Shown here: positions 42,285 to 57,000 of the stretch, one piece after another | Layout: every line of letters begins with the position of its first letter | Numbering within the stretch: the stretch's first letter is position 1 | From: Rhizophagus irregularis | Lineage: Eukaryota | Direction: 5' to 3' | Length of the DNA stretch: 64,000 nt | Assembly (NCBI RefSeq): GCF_026210795.1 | Contig: NC_089435.1 | Coordinates: forward strand, 1,736,001-1,800,000 | Position numbers and translations under genes: made by a program | Notes under the pieces: model-generated | Databases searched by the model: none | Told to the model about the DNA's origin: nothing | What the model saw: the letters and a program-made list of their open reading frames with translations, nothing else

Positions 42285-42656
42285 TAGGGATGGCAACGGT
42301 CACGGTCATTAACCGGTTATGACCGGTCATGACCGTGACCGATATTGGTCGGTCAAAGACCTCTGACTGACCATTTGACCGACCGTTTGACCAACCGTTT
42401 AACTGATCCTGAAAATGTTTGCGAAATGTAATTTAATAAAAAAATGTTTTGCAAACGTTTTTTTAATTATTTTAATAGAAAACGTTGCGAAAACGTTTTT
42501 TATTAAGTATTTCAAACGTTTTTTTATTAAATTACATTTTGCAAATGTTTTCAGGATGGGTTAAATGGTCAGTCAAACGGTCGGTCGGTCGGTCAAAGGT
42601 TCTTGACCGGTTATGACCAACCGATGACTGACCATGACCGACCGTTGCCATCCCTA
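42285..42656. mobile_element. hAT-type MITE (372 bp)
   Basis: TIR TAGGGATGGCAACGGTC / GACCGTTGCCATCCCTA; 8-bp TSD GTAGTGGA; subterminal GACC/GGTC repeats. Confidence 0.93.
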
Positions 42657-44879
42657 GTAGTGGAGGATACATGATGTAGCGGAAGACATTTCTGTTCTAC
42701 TTCTGTACTTAGGAGTATATAAATGTCTGTTTATACGCACATATATGAAAAACAACTTTTTGTTAAACTATAAATCGCATCTTGAGATTCATAAAAGTCC
42801 AATTTAAAAATAATAATAATAAATCATGAATCTATCTAATGATTTTAAAAGTTCCTGTTTGTCATAATTAATTTAAATATAGTAATAAAAAAATCATTAC
42901 TTCACTGAAGGGTAATTTTTATCTGCGATCAATATGATCAATATTATTTATTTTTTAATTAAAATATATTTATGATTTTAAAATCTTCAAATATTCAAAA
43001 ATTAAGATGTTACAATTCATTACTTGAAAATGTTTTAGGGTTTGTTGCATAATTTTGTAATAATTTGATCATTATTCGTTATGTACCATACAGAAATTCA
43101 GTACATTTATAAAGAGAGTGACGTAAAGAATATATATTCACTTTACGTCCTACGATAACTCTCAATTACCTTTAAATGGTATACCAAATACTAAACCTTA
43201 AAAAGAAAATATATGAACGGATTTTGAAAGAATTACTATTAATTTTATGGACTCTATATCCCGTCACCCTAAATTCCGACACTCAAAATCTGACAAAATC
43301 TTAATCCAGATGTCATAATCCCAAAATAAATGTCATAATCTCGTAACCCCCATAATACCGATTTCAAGATTTTTCATTTCTGTATTTTGAATTTCGGGCT
43401 TATAAAGTATCGTGATTATAACATTCCGATATTTTGATTTTTCGGGAAGAAACTACAGGTGAATTTCGGGATATTATGATGGAAATGTAATTGGATTACA
43501 AATGTATTATATCGAGGAATACTATAGACTCAGCCAAAAATAAAGAATTATTCCGTTTCACAACCCTACTTTAAAATATTTTCCAAAAGTAAAAACTTTG
43601 GTTTAAATTTATTTCTTTTTTTTCTTATAATATTTTAAAGAAATTTAAGTGATTATAATTTTATTATTGATTTTAAAGTTAGGCGAATTTTACTATTCAA
43701 ATTTTAATGAAATTTTTTATTAGCTCCTTATTAATAATAACTTTTTTTTTTTTAATATCATTAATTATAGTTTCGGCTTGACCAAATTTCACCTAATTAG
43801 TTACGAGTATATAAAAAATTCTGTATTACTATACTCTTATTTGATATTTTAATAAACACATCAGAGAAATTTTATATGAAATTACGATCTATCAATATAA
43901 ATAACTTAATTCTCAAATTACGTATTTTTTTTTGCCTGTACAAAGCACATTCGTTTCCAAATTATCTGAATCGGCATCATTTTAATTTTTTATTATAGTA
44001 AACATTTACAAAAAGATATTTATAATGAGAATTTTGCTAAATTTTCTATTCTTTAATTAAATTTAATTCAAGCTAATATATACTGTTGAAAGTTAACATA
44101 TTGTCTTCCGGACTATAGTTTCTCCGATTTTTTTTTAAGTAAACATCGTAGAAAGAGAATTTGCCAAGCAATGATACTTAAAGAAAACATTAATATATTT
44201 ATATATATGGATTTTTTTTTAAACATATTATATGATTTAAAGCATATTAATATAGTTGTTAAAATTTATTTATTACCCTTAATTAGCAATAAAAGAATAA
44301 AATCTAGATAATAATTTTATAGTATTGTGAGAGTTTAACAAATTCTTTCTTTTTGACGAGAGTATTGATAATGTCCCAACCTAGGTTAAATCATATATTT
44401 AAATTGTATACCATATTCCTATAAATTACAGTATCAATTTTTTGCATTCCGTCTTGATAAGTATTGTCACAATATTTTCATAATCTAATCTTTAATAAAG
44501 AGACACACTATGCTTATCTGTAATTAAGTAATTAAGTGTATAATAATTTTGATATGCGAAATATAACCGCACAATAGGAAAAATTTTATTATTTTGAAAG
44601 AAAATGTTAGCAATAAATCCACTATTGAAGCAATTATTAGTAATAATTCGCCAATAATAGGCTTAAAAAAATTGATAATTACTAGTATATTTATATTTAT
44701 TATTAATTTATTTCTTAATTTTAATCAACAATAAAATTAACAGTTAATGATATTTTCAAATCCTATATTGTATTTGTTCAATTACAAACTAATTTTTTAT
44801 TAATATAAAAAAAAATTACATATACTCTATAATTAGTGTTACTGTAAATAAAATACAATGATATCAACAAAAAAAAATA

Positions 44880-46100
44880 ATAATATCCTAATTATAAAAT
44901 CGTGTTAATAGTTGGTTAGATGGTTCAATAAATGATAAAGTTAATTATTCAAAATTGGGAGAGAGAGAAGAAATAATGAAACTATCATATTAAAAAATTT
45001 AATGATTCTCAAGGTGTTAGCAAATATTTTTTGAATGAGGTAAATTACATTATATTTTATACTATTTATCATATGTTTAATTAATTTTTAATTTTTAATC
45101 TGAAAATTTATAGTTAAAATCAAATCAACATTGTTACGTATTTAATCGTCATATTATTAGCACTTATGGCTTTACAAAAGATGATTATATATTAGTTATG
45201 CAATATGCGTCAGGAGGAGATTTACATAATTTTTTACGAGAGAAATTTACTGAAATTACATGGAATAAATAAAAAATAAGTATTTTGTGGCAAATTGTGA
45301 AAGGGTATTTATAATTTTATATTTGTTATGTTTACTAATATTAATTTCTAATTAGTTGATTTTTTCCTTTTTCTCTAGGCTCGAAATTATACATAATGCA
45401 AAATTTACACATCGAGATTTTCATAGTGGGAAAATGTTGATTGAATTTATCATATGATAAAGAACATCAATGGCAAATTAGAGACTTAGGACTATCTAGC
45501 CTGTAAATAACGTATCACCAAATAATGATCTATATGGAGTGATACCATACATCGCACCAGAAATATTTAGAGGATCTAAATTTTCTAAAGAATCTGATGT
45601 CTATTGTGGGCATGATTATGTGGGAACTTACAACAGGTTGTAAACCTTTTGCTAATGTTGAACATGATACTCACCTTGTTTATAAAATTTTTGATGGAGA
45701 ACGTCCTGAAATTACAGAAGATACATCAGAATGCTATGCTAATTTAATGAAAAGATGTTGGGATGCTAATCCCAAAAAAAAGACCTCTTATAACAGAAAT
45801 TCGTAAGATTTTAAATAAGTGGTATTATGGAAATAAGAATTTAAAACAATTCAAAAAAGCTGAAATAAAAAGAAAGAGTTAATAAATTTAAAAAAACTTG
45901 GTCCCGAGTTAGTAAAAAACCTTATCCAAGTGCTATATATACAAGTAGACCGTTAAGAATGTTCATTAAATTCTTCAAAAGGTATGCAGTAAAAATAGGC
46001 AATATAAATATGATTAAGTCTTTAAGTCTTTGGATTTTAAATACCAAATTTTTTTATAGATTACACTTCAATAGAACTAGAGCTCAATATAGATATTAAA
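44880..46100 (+). pseudogene. TKL-family protein kinase pseudogene (boundaries approximate)
   Basis: Exonic fragments FLNE, HRDFHSG, YGVIPYIAPE, MIMWELTTG..CWD with stops and frameshifts. Confidence 0.8.
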
Positions 46101-47177
46101 AGGTATTTAAAGTTTAACATTTTAATTCATTTTTACGTAAACTTATATTCAAACAATAATTCGTATATTATTAGCCCAAAAATTCTTGGAACTAAGCGAA
46201 ATATTGAAGAATTAGATATTAATTCTTATGGAAATAGTGGTATATACTAATTTGAATAATATTGAGTTTATATTTATTAATTCATTTGTATTTTTAATTT
46301 AAAATAGGAAAACATTAAAATTAAGTCAATTTAGTCAAAGACTTCTTTCACAGACCGATGAGATATGAATCTGGGAAAAAAAATCCCGAATTGATAGAAT
46401 AAATATTCTTAATATATAATTTAATTTTAGCATTCTTCATATATACGAGATATCATTAAACGTGTATAATTGGACAATAATATTATTTTAGGGATCAAAT
46501 TGAGTTTATTAAACAAAATATGGTTATTAGGCAGCGCGTATATGTTGTACTAACAGTATTTTCATAGCGCAGCCAACTGCAAGCGTAAAAAATGTCCAAA
46601 ATGGCCGGCATTATGTACGTAATTTAACTGAAATTAAGTATGGCACACATGTAATAGTTAGTGCGTTGTCGAATAGGATTTTGCACATAAAACTGATAGG
46701 TGTGGTGAAAAAAGACACGTGTAAAAATCAGTTTTCAAAATACATGTTTTACATATGTAAATAATAATTTAATATTTAATCGTCTAACGCTACGCCTTAT
46801 ACGAAAATTTTTATTAAAATATATTAAAACTTCTGATGTAATATTGATATGCGCAAATCTCTTTTTTTTTTGTTAGACATTAGGTGGCTAGACAATATTT
46901 ATTTATAATTTATATTATGCTCTATTTAATAGAGATGTGCCATGCACAGTATGCGAAGCATGATGTGATGTTCATAATCCGCCCATATGTTCAACCAGTA
47001 TTTATATATATTATTTTTTTTTTTTACTCTTTCTCCGTTTTCACCAAAATTCATAGTATGGCGCAGTAAAGATTTTTATAAACTTCAAGTTTTCAAAAAC
47101 TGTTATACAAAGTTTTTATAACACCGCTTATAACCAAACACAAGTGCGGATATATCTAACGATAATACCACTCTATA

Positions 47178-47752
47178 TCTTATAGTATATACATATGGTA
47201 AAGGTTTCGACCTTTAAAAGACATATACAGCCTTTCTAAGGGTAAAGTTTTTATTCAAACTTTTTTTTTTTACATCTACTTTAACACATATTTTACAATA
47301 CGAAGAGTTTAACACTTTCCTGCGACATAAAAATATAAAAAAAAAACCTATCACTTTTCCTTCGGGAAAAAATTCTCTCTTCCGCCGCTCAAAAAGTTTT
47401 TTTTTTTTAGGTTGCTGATCGCCAATGATATTCATTTGAAAATTCATACTAAGATAAACACAACTCCTATTACAAATTACATTATTATAAATTTATAATT
47501 ATAGATCCACTGTAGATGTAATTTGTATTGTTCTAATTATAATAAATTATATTGTAAATATAATTTAAGTTATTCTGATATAATCATATTATAAATACAA
47601 TTAACCTGCATATTATTTTATTTAAATTAATTTATACTTTATTACTCTCATAATCTAATTATTAATTATAGTGAACTTCTAATTGTAACTAAAAATTTAA
47701 TATTATATAGTAATACTACTGTTCCCGGTGCGAAGCAACGGGCAACTGCTAG
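47178..47752 (+). mobile_element. Probable non-autonomous Helitron (3' end clear, 5' end tentative)
   Basis: Hairpin CCCGGTGCGAAGCAACGGG, then CTAG|T at 47749-47753; candidate A|TC start at 47178. Confidence 0.55.
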
Positions 47753-49038
47753 TAATTATTAAAAATATTATATATTATTAAAAAAAAATCATGACAAATA
47801 AATTTTTCACAAAGAAACTGGTGGTATATAGCAATTTTGAAGAGTTAAATTGCATGATTTCCATTAACCTTAATTATTATTTTCATTAAAAAAAAAGTAT
47901 AAGTAACTAATAAAAATTATTATGTACACAGTGTATAATATATAAATTAAATCTTACGATTATAATTTTTTTATAATTTATTATGCACCTTTTTTTTATT
48001 ATATCAAAATTGATAATAATTTTCTAGTTACTCTTGCTTATTTTTTTCTATTTAGCTTGTTAGAAAATCAATATATTATTTGTTTTCTAAAACGTAATAC
48101 TACTGTCTTACTAGTTACTAGTATAAATAAATGTTCATGTAATTTGATAATATAGCGCAAATAATAACTAGAGCAGTGAGCTTAATAAATAATTATTCGT
48201 TTTCTTCAGGGATTCGCATATGATATAGAAGTAACCCAGAATTTTTACCTTCTTTTTTTTTAGCAATAATTGATTACTAATCAATTTATCTTTCAATTAA
48301 TACTTTAAATTTGTTTTTTTCAGAACATTAAATCTAGTTGTTAAAGCTTACTGTCATATTTTACAGTATCTTTGAGTGTAACTACTTTTGGACGTTATTA
48401 AATTATTATATTTTTGAATTTTAAGAAAATATTTAGTAAGTCATTAAATACCCAAATTTGTTTTAATAATAATATTTCATGTTATTATTAAAATGATGTT
48501 AAAATAGATGGAAATTTTAATAATTTATTGTTTTGTCATAATAATTATTTTTTTTTATTTACAAGCAGATTGAAATTTTTTATAAATATTACCTACTCTA
48601 ATGATGAATTATATTATTCATTAATACGAATTTCCTTCATATAATATTTCTTTTAGTTTTATATAGATTTGAAGCAATTAAACTAATTGGATAATACATT
48701 TTTTAAAATTTTTTTTAATCTAACAATTTTAAACACGATTTTAATTATAGTAATTTTGACTGTACTGTATTTTTCAACGTTAAATGATCGACACAGATTT
48801 TTTTTCTGTGAAACAAGTATTTTGGTCGGGAGTTTATGAAAAAGGAAATTTCTTACTTTAATAATCTGTGATTTTCTGCTGACTTCTTGAATGATTTCAT
48901 TGTATTGCCTAAATTTTGTCAATCGCTGCTGTGCAACTGTTATACGTTTTAAAAGGTCGCCCTTTTTTTTTTAAAAAAAAAAAGAAATTTTTTTACTCCG
49001 TTTAGATATAAAATTGAAGTCACATTTATTAATCCAAT

Positions 49039-50699
49039 ATGGAAGAATTTATACTCAATGATGATGTATATGAGCAAATAAAAGATTTTAACTATCTGAA
49101 CCTAACTAAAGAACAAAGTTCGTTAATTGATAAGTTAATATTAAATGAAGAATTAAAAGAACGTTATAAACAAAATGGTTTATGCAAAGAATGTAAGCAG
49201 CCTAATACTGGTGGTAGTTGGTGTAATTCATGTAATGCTAAGAATTTTCAACAAAATTTCAAAAATTGGACCAGTGGAAATCATGAAGTTGACAAGTTTA
49301 TTCAAAAAACACAACTTAAAGCTAAAGGATATTGTGAGGTTTTAGAATGGATTGAATATGATAGATTTGAAAATGTTGAATACTTGGCAAAAGGAGGATT
49401 TGGAACTATTTATAAAGCAATTTGGAAAGATGGATATATTTTGGATTTTGAGAATAATGAATGTATAAGAAGTAAATTTTGGTTTAGGAAATATGAGAAT
49501 TTTCCAGTTGTTTTAAAATGTTTACATAATTCTCAAGATATTACGTCTGATTTTTTAAGAGAAGTAAGTTACTTATTTGTATATAGTAATTTCAAGATAT
49601 TGTTATTAATATGGATTTTTTTTTAGATTGGAACCCATAATATGATTCCAGGTACAGGTAATATAACACACTGTTTTGGCATTACTAAAGATCCAGAATC
49701 TAGAAATTTTATGATAGTAATGGGATATGTAATAAATGGTAGTTTAAGACAACATTTAAATAATAGTTTTAATTCAACAAAATGGTATGAAAAGTTGAAT
49801 ATTTTACAAAATATTGCAGATGGCCTCAATTATATTCATGAAAATGGGTTAATTCATCGTGATTTTCATTGTGGTAATATATTAAAAGAAGATATTACTA
49901 CTTTAATTACCGATTTAGGATTATGTCGACTAGCGAATGTAAACCCATCCCAAAATGAATGTAAAGAACTATATGGGGTATTACCCTATGTAGCACCAGA
50001 AGTTTTAAGAGGAAAAGAATATACTCAAGAAAGTGATATATATGGATATGGAATTATTGCATATGAAGTCTGTACAGGGCTTCCTCCTTATCATGATATT
50101 GTTCATGATAACTTCTTAGCTATTAGCATTTGTCAAGGACTTAGGCCAAAATCGAATTATAAAATTCCTCAATTAATTCTAAACATAATTAAACAATGTT
50201 GGGATGCTGATCCTTTAAAACGACCTAAAGCAAATGAATTGCAAATGTTATTATTCAATTTATGGTATGAATCAAATGCTGATGATGAAACTGAAATCAA
50301 AAAGCAATTTGAAGAAGCAGAAAAAGTTAATGAGAAGTTAACTTCCTCTTCATTGATATATACTGGTCCTACTCTTTCATATACTACAAATCCCCAAGCA
50401 GTTTACACGAGTAGACTTTTAAATTTTAAAAATCTTCCAGAACCAAAAAATGCTATTGGTAACAAGGATGATGATAATTCATTTGGAGAATATTCAGGTA
50501 ATTAATTTCCTACAAAAGTATTCTATAAATATTTTATTTGATGTATATAATTATTTTTTTTTTACATTTAGAATCAATAGAAGCAATAGATTTTACTAAA
50601 CTAGATCTAGGTACTTATATACATTAACTTGTATATGATTTATTTTATTAATAATATTATTTAATAATTTATTTTTCACTTATAGATAAAAGCAGCTGA
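49039..50699 (+). CDS. TKL-family protein kinase; exons 49039-49563, 49627-50497, 50572-50610, 50686-50699
   Basis: KGGFG, VVLK, HRDFHCGN, DLG, YVAPE; GT-AG introns keep the frame. Confidence 0.9.
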
Positions 50700-53600
50700 A
50701 TAAAAGAAAGGAAGGTTATAAATTTCTTTTATTATTTACTATTTATTTTTTTTAACATTACTACAGATATGATATTTTTATTGGAATGTATTTTTTATAA
50801 TTAAATAAAGTATTATTATATATAAAATTATATGAAAAATAAATAGAATGAATTATATGTAATATGCTATAAAATTGCAACAAAGTAAAAAATTACATAG
50901 TATTTTATGTTAATCTTTAAATATTGTAAAGTTATCCAACTCAAAAGGAGGTCAAAAACTTATTATGACCCAGTCCAGATTTTTAGTTCGGGTTGGATCA
51001 ATAAACAAATCTTTTAGTGGTGTAAATATTTTGAAAGAGTAATATTATAAGAATTATATATACATTGTAAATAGTAAAAAAAAAAAATTATTAAAATTAT
51101 TGGTTTTATATTGAGATATTCTTCTGTCTAATAATGTTTATAAAATTTATCAAACGAAAAGTTATATAAGAATTTGAACTTTTATGTCTTTATGTAAAAA
51201 ATTTAAAATAAAATATTCTACTTTTAATATTAAAGATGAAAAAACGGAATGGGATATATAATATATAGTATGTATAACGAATTATCAATAATGATTACAT
51301 TTATTTAAAATGAAAGAGGGTGTAGCAGTTTCTGAAACATATATCTGTATGTGGTAAATCGAGATATAACAAATCAGAAATTACAAAATATCGTTATGCG
51401 TTATTAATTTCCATTGACTGTGTTAATGAAACAAATTATCAAATAAATTTATGGTTAAAAATCGAATTTTTCCAATTAGAAAACAACTTTTAAATACAAT
51501 GAAATATTTATAAGTGGCTTTTCGTAATATATATTGGATAAAAAATAAAAAATAATTATTTTTGCTTTAATAGTAAACATGTGAGTAAATACATTAAATA
51601 CATTGGAATGAATGAAGTGTATGTAACTTTACATAATATTTATTTAAGAGAAATTGAGTTTGAAATTGACTCGTGCGATGGGTTTCTCGTTACACGTATA
51701 ATTTACACCACGTATAGTTTGCCTTTTTTAATTATGTATTAATCCTCAAAGGTTATACTAATCAACTTGTATGTAATTTAGTCATTGACAAATAATTTAA
51801 CTATATCCGGTGAGTATATATAAAATTTTTACTATATTGTTAGTAGTCTTATGTTTTAATAAAGGAATATGCGAGTGGCAAAAAATTTACACTTATTTTA
51901 TAAAGAATTTCACAAGTATTGAAGTGGATCGCAAAATTAGTTGTTTTGAGCCAAAATTTGGTTGGTATTTACATTTATATTATTTTTTACTAATAATTAT
52001 TTGAATGATATTAAATTATACAATAATTTATTTCCTAAAATTTTTATTTATTCTACTAATTCCGATCAGAATTAAGATAATTAAAAAAGTGGACACACGA
52101 AGTTAATAAACAAATTGCCTACAAAAAAATCATAAAATGAAGTGGACAATTGAAATCAATAACAAAAAAAGAAGTGAGTTGTCTACAAGAAATCAAAAAA
52201 ATGGAGTGAATATGTAAATATAAAAGAGAAAAAATGAATGAAATTTAAAAGACACTTTTATAAAATAAGAAACTAGCAAGTTGAACCCCAAAAAATAGGT
52301 AACCACAAAAAATTTAACGAAATGGCCGGGCATTTCACATTTTGGCTGAAATTAAGTGTTGTGACAGATAATATATCTCAGATACTTATGAAATGACATT
52401 TTTCAAATTTGCTGCGATAAATTACCAAATTATCAATTAATCACCTGTTACAGTATTACTCCGATGTTCCATGAAAATATTTAAATTTTCAAGATGATTT
52501 TATGGATGATTGTATTTTTTACATTTTATAGTTATTTAATTGCTTTAATAAAGAAGAAATTTTACAATTGAAGAATCAACTAAAATTAAACCAGATTAAT
52601 AATATTAATTTGGATGAAGAATACAAATCATTATTTGAATATCAAAATATTTGAAAAAATCTAATTATTATTCTATAATAGATTTCGTAATTAATAGTTG
52701 TTTTGTAAGATAAGATCGTTCAGGTTTACGTATTAAAAAGATTTACTATAATTCATTGTAATAAGAAAGTGTACAATATTAAATATACTGTATCTCATTC
52801 AGGTTTATCAAAAATTGGTAAATAATTGTAACAAATTACAAGAATTTGGTTTTACAAATAGACCAATTATGACCCCTACTATTGTAATGGAATTAATTAA
52901 TTGAAATTTTATATATAAGAAGTACGGCTGATTCTAGTGTTAAAAAACCTTATCCAAAATTTGATTTAAATTTAATAAATCTTGTTCAAGATTTAACATG
53001 GTAGGATTAAGTCCTGATGTAAGTAAATTGTGATAATTGATATATATATACATACGGTATACTGTATATATATATATATTTTTATACAAGCAATACGTAA
53101 ATTTCATAAATTAGAAAAATTATAAATATTAATAATTGGTGATAAAAAATTTAAAAAAAGATCATATAATGATATAAAAGAATTAGAAACACATCATAGA
53201 TTAAAAGAAGTTAAATTTGTAGGAAATTCTGCTTTAGATCAAGATGTTAAAATTTATTTGGTTTATAGAAAAAGTAAAGAAAAATGTCAAGGTCCTTTTA
53301 TTACAATTTCTTTATAATATTATAGTTGTAATATTTTGGAGGATTTAATATTTGGGGATTTTTTCTTGGTGGGAATTCGAATAATTCGAATTTTTTATTT
53401 TTTTTTTTATTACCATAGTTACATGACTTTTAATAGGTTTTGACATTTATAAAAAAAAAACACAAAATAAATAAAAAAAATATTTTTCTATATATTGTAA
53501 GCATGAACAATTTTATGTATATCTTACATATCTTTCAATATGACGTTTATTTATTAATCAATCTAACTCTGTACTCGCACATGATTACTGAATTTGTAAT

Positions 53601-54040
53601 CAAAAAAAAATATATTTTCATATAGAATGTAAAATTTTATAGATGTACTAGAAAATTATGCAAAAAAAGTAGATACATTCAGTAGGTAAATATAAGAAAT
53701 TGAGGAGATGAATACAATATAGTGTGATTTTAGCGCTATATTAGATGGGTTTCAAATTGGTTAGTCTTTTATAGTGTAGTTTCAAAAATTTTTTAGATAG
53801 TTACCTTATTGATATGATGCTTTTGCGTCTATGTTTTAATCATTTATATTGTATAAATTTTTATAATACTAATAAAGGGTTACAAAAAAAAAATAAAAAA
53901 AAATAAGAAATTGAAAATCACATCCGGATTTGGACGCCAAATAAAAAATCAAGCATTTATTTCAGTCGTGAAATTTTTTTTTTTTTTTTTGCTGATCGAC
54001 AAGATCTTTTTCTTCTTCATTAATAAAATTTAACTTAATT

Positions 54041-57000
54041 ATGTTTCATCATAATTTATTACGGAAAAGAAATTATTTTCCTATTAAATTTACATTAAAA
54101 TTTTCAAGGACATTGTTATTAAAAAAATTTTCTTCAAAAATAATTGACGAATCATCAAAAAAAAGTAAAGTAAATAATAATAATTTAAGTAAATTGTATA
54201 GTGATACTTTATTATTACCAAAAACAAACTTTCCATTAAGGGCTGATGCTGCCAATAGAGAAATTTTATTTCAAGATCGATGTTCTAAAGATTTGTACAA
54301 ATGGCAGGTATTTAAGATTTTTCTTTTTTCTTTTTTCTTTTTTTTAATACTTGTTTGTTTCTTTTTTAGATATTAAACTTGTTATTGATCACTAGATAGA
54401 AAATAATCCAAAAGAAATGTTTATATTACATGATGGACCACCTTATGCTGATGGAAGTTTACACATTGATAATTTTCATCAATTTAATTTTTAATTTTTA
54501 ATTTATTTATAAAATCTAAATATTTATAATATTTATTTAATTTTATATTAAGGTCACGCGTTAAATAAAATATTAAAAGACATTATAAATCGTTATAAAG
54601 TATTACATGGATATAAAGTAAAGTAAGTTTCATAATTAATATAGAAAACTATTTTGTATCCATATATATTTTATGTATGCTAATATTATTCAAGTTACAT
54701 TCCAGGATGGGATTGTCATGGTTTACCAATTGAATTAAAAGCATTAAAGGAATTAAGAGTAATATTATTATTATTTGCTTTATCGTTAATTATAATAAGA
54801 AAGTTCTGATACAATAATATATTTATTAGGGCGTTGATAAATCATCATTGACACCATTACAAATTCGTGATGTAGCAAAAAAAAGTGCTTTAGAAGCATT
54901 AGAAATTCAAAGAAAAGAATTTATTAGTTGGGGCATAATGGGAGATTGGGAAAATCCTTATAGAACTTTGGGTATGAAAATTTATACAACTTATTCCTAA
55001 TTTTTAGATGATATTTTCTTAATAGTAGGTTATTTTTAGACAAGGAATATGAAGTTAGACAGTTACAGGTGTTTCACAACATGATGAAGAAAGGTAATGA
55101 CCCTAAGAATTATCACTATTTTACCAAAGTTGGTTTGTTATTTACGAACTCTTTTTTTTAAGGATATATTTACAGGCAAAATAAACCTGTACATTGGTCT
55201 CCTTCTTCAAGGTAGCCGTAAAATTTAAATTAATGTTTGTAAATTAGTCTTATATAATATTTGAATTTATTCTTTTATCTTTCTATTTAGAACAGCTTTA
55301 GCTGAAGCAGAATTGGAATATCATGATGACCATCAAAGCAAATCTGTTTATGTGAAGCTCTCTGTGATAAATTCAAGTAAACATTAAGAATGTTTCATCT
55401 AAAAATTTTCATAATTTTATAATTAATTAATAATATTTTTTTTATTTATTTTCAGCCTTAAATTCGCAAGAAGGATTAAAAGATAATTTATACATACTGA
55501 TATGGACGACGACTCCATGGACTCTTCCTGCGAATCAGGTTTAAAAAATTATCTAATTACTTAATTATTTTGATCATAATTAATGAAATTTATTTAATTT
55601 AGGCTGTTGCAATAAATCCAAATATAGAATATTCAATTGTTTGTCCAAATAACGATACATTAATGACACAAAATAATTATATAATTGCAACCAAAAGGTT
55701 AGATGCATTACAAAAAATGCTTTGAACAGAATTGAACGTCAAATTTACATTTAAAGGTAATTATATATTTTATTAACTATTTTTATGTATTTTTTTTTCA
55801 TTTAATTTAACAAAATCTGATAATATTTTATTAGGTCAGCAACTTATTGGAACAACTTATATACATCCAATAAGTGAAAAGCAATGTAAGATTATCGATG
55901 CTTCTCACATTACTGAAGAATCTGGTACAGGTAGATATTAAAAAAATAATAAATATACGCGATCTATTTATAACAATTCTTAAAAGATAATAATTTTTTT
56001 AGGATTAGTTCATATAGCACCGGGTCATGGAATGGAAGATTATGAAGCTTGTAAAAAATTTGATATTCCAACATTTTGTCCAGTTGATGAATTTGGTATA
56101 TTTACTTCAGAAGTAGGTGAATCTACATTTGAAGGTAAATTGGTGCTAACAGATGGAACGTTGGCAGTAATAGAATATTTGAAAAAAAGGAATAGTTTAA
56201 TTAAAGAAGAAAATTTTAAGCATAAATATCCTTATGATTGGAGAACAAAGAAGCCAATTATATTAAGAGCTACACCTCAATGGTTCGCCAATGTTGAAGC
56301 TATTAAACAACAAGCCATTAAATTACTTGAGGATGTTAAAATGGTACCTAAATCTGGTAAGATACTTTATATATTTATATATATTTTTTACTTTAAAATA
56401 AAATTCACTTTTATTTTTTTATTATAGCACGATATCGATCACTTTATCACGAAGTGAATGGTGTATTTCATGTCAAAGATCTTAGGGAGTTCCTATTCCT
56501 GTTTTTTATGAATCAGAAACAGATGTTCCTCTGTTAACAGATTCTTCTGTAGAACATATTAATGAAATCTTTAAAAAACATGGATCAGATGGATGGTGGG
56601 AACTTGATGATCAAGAATTACTTGCACCTGAATATAAAAATAATGGTAGTTATAATTAAATTCAGATTATTATAGTTTTAAAAATAATTTCATTTTAATT
56701 TATAAATAAATAAATGTTTGATTTTCATTTTATTAAAATTATTTTAGGTAAAACATATAGAAAGGGAAATGATACAATGGATGTATGGTTTGATAGTGGA
56801 GTTTCATGGAATTTTATTTTGGAACAAACTAAAAAGTGAATAAATTTAATTTTACAACGTATTTGTATATTTCAATTTTTATTTACTGAAAATTTATTAA
56901 TTTTTATAGAAAGGATTTCAAGGCAATTGCAGATTTATATTTGGAAGGAAGTGATCAGCATCGTGGGTGGTTCCAATTTTCATTATTGACATCAGGTAAA

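Noticed and set aside
43240..43500. Possible MITE with ATCCCG/CGGGAT-like motifs
   Set aside because: Could not define TIR ends or a TSD.
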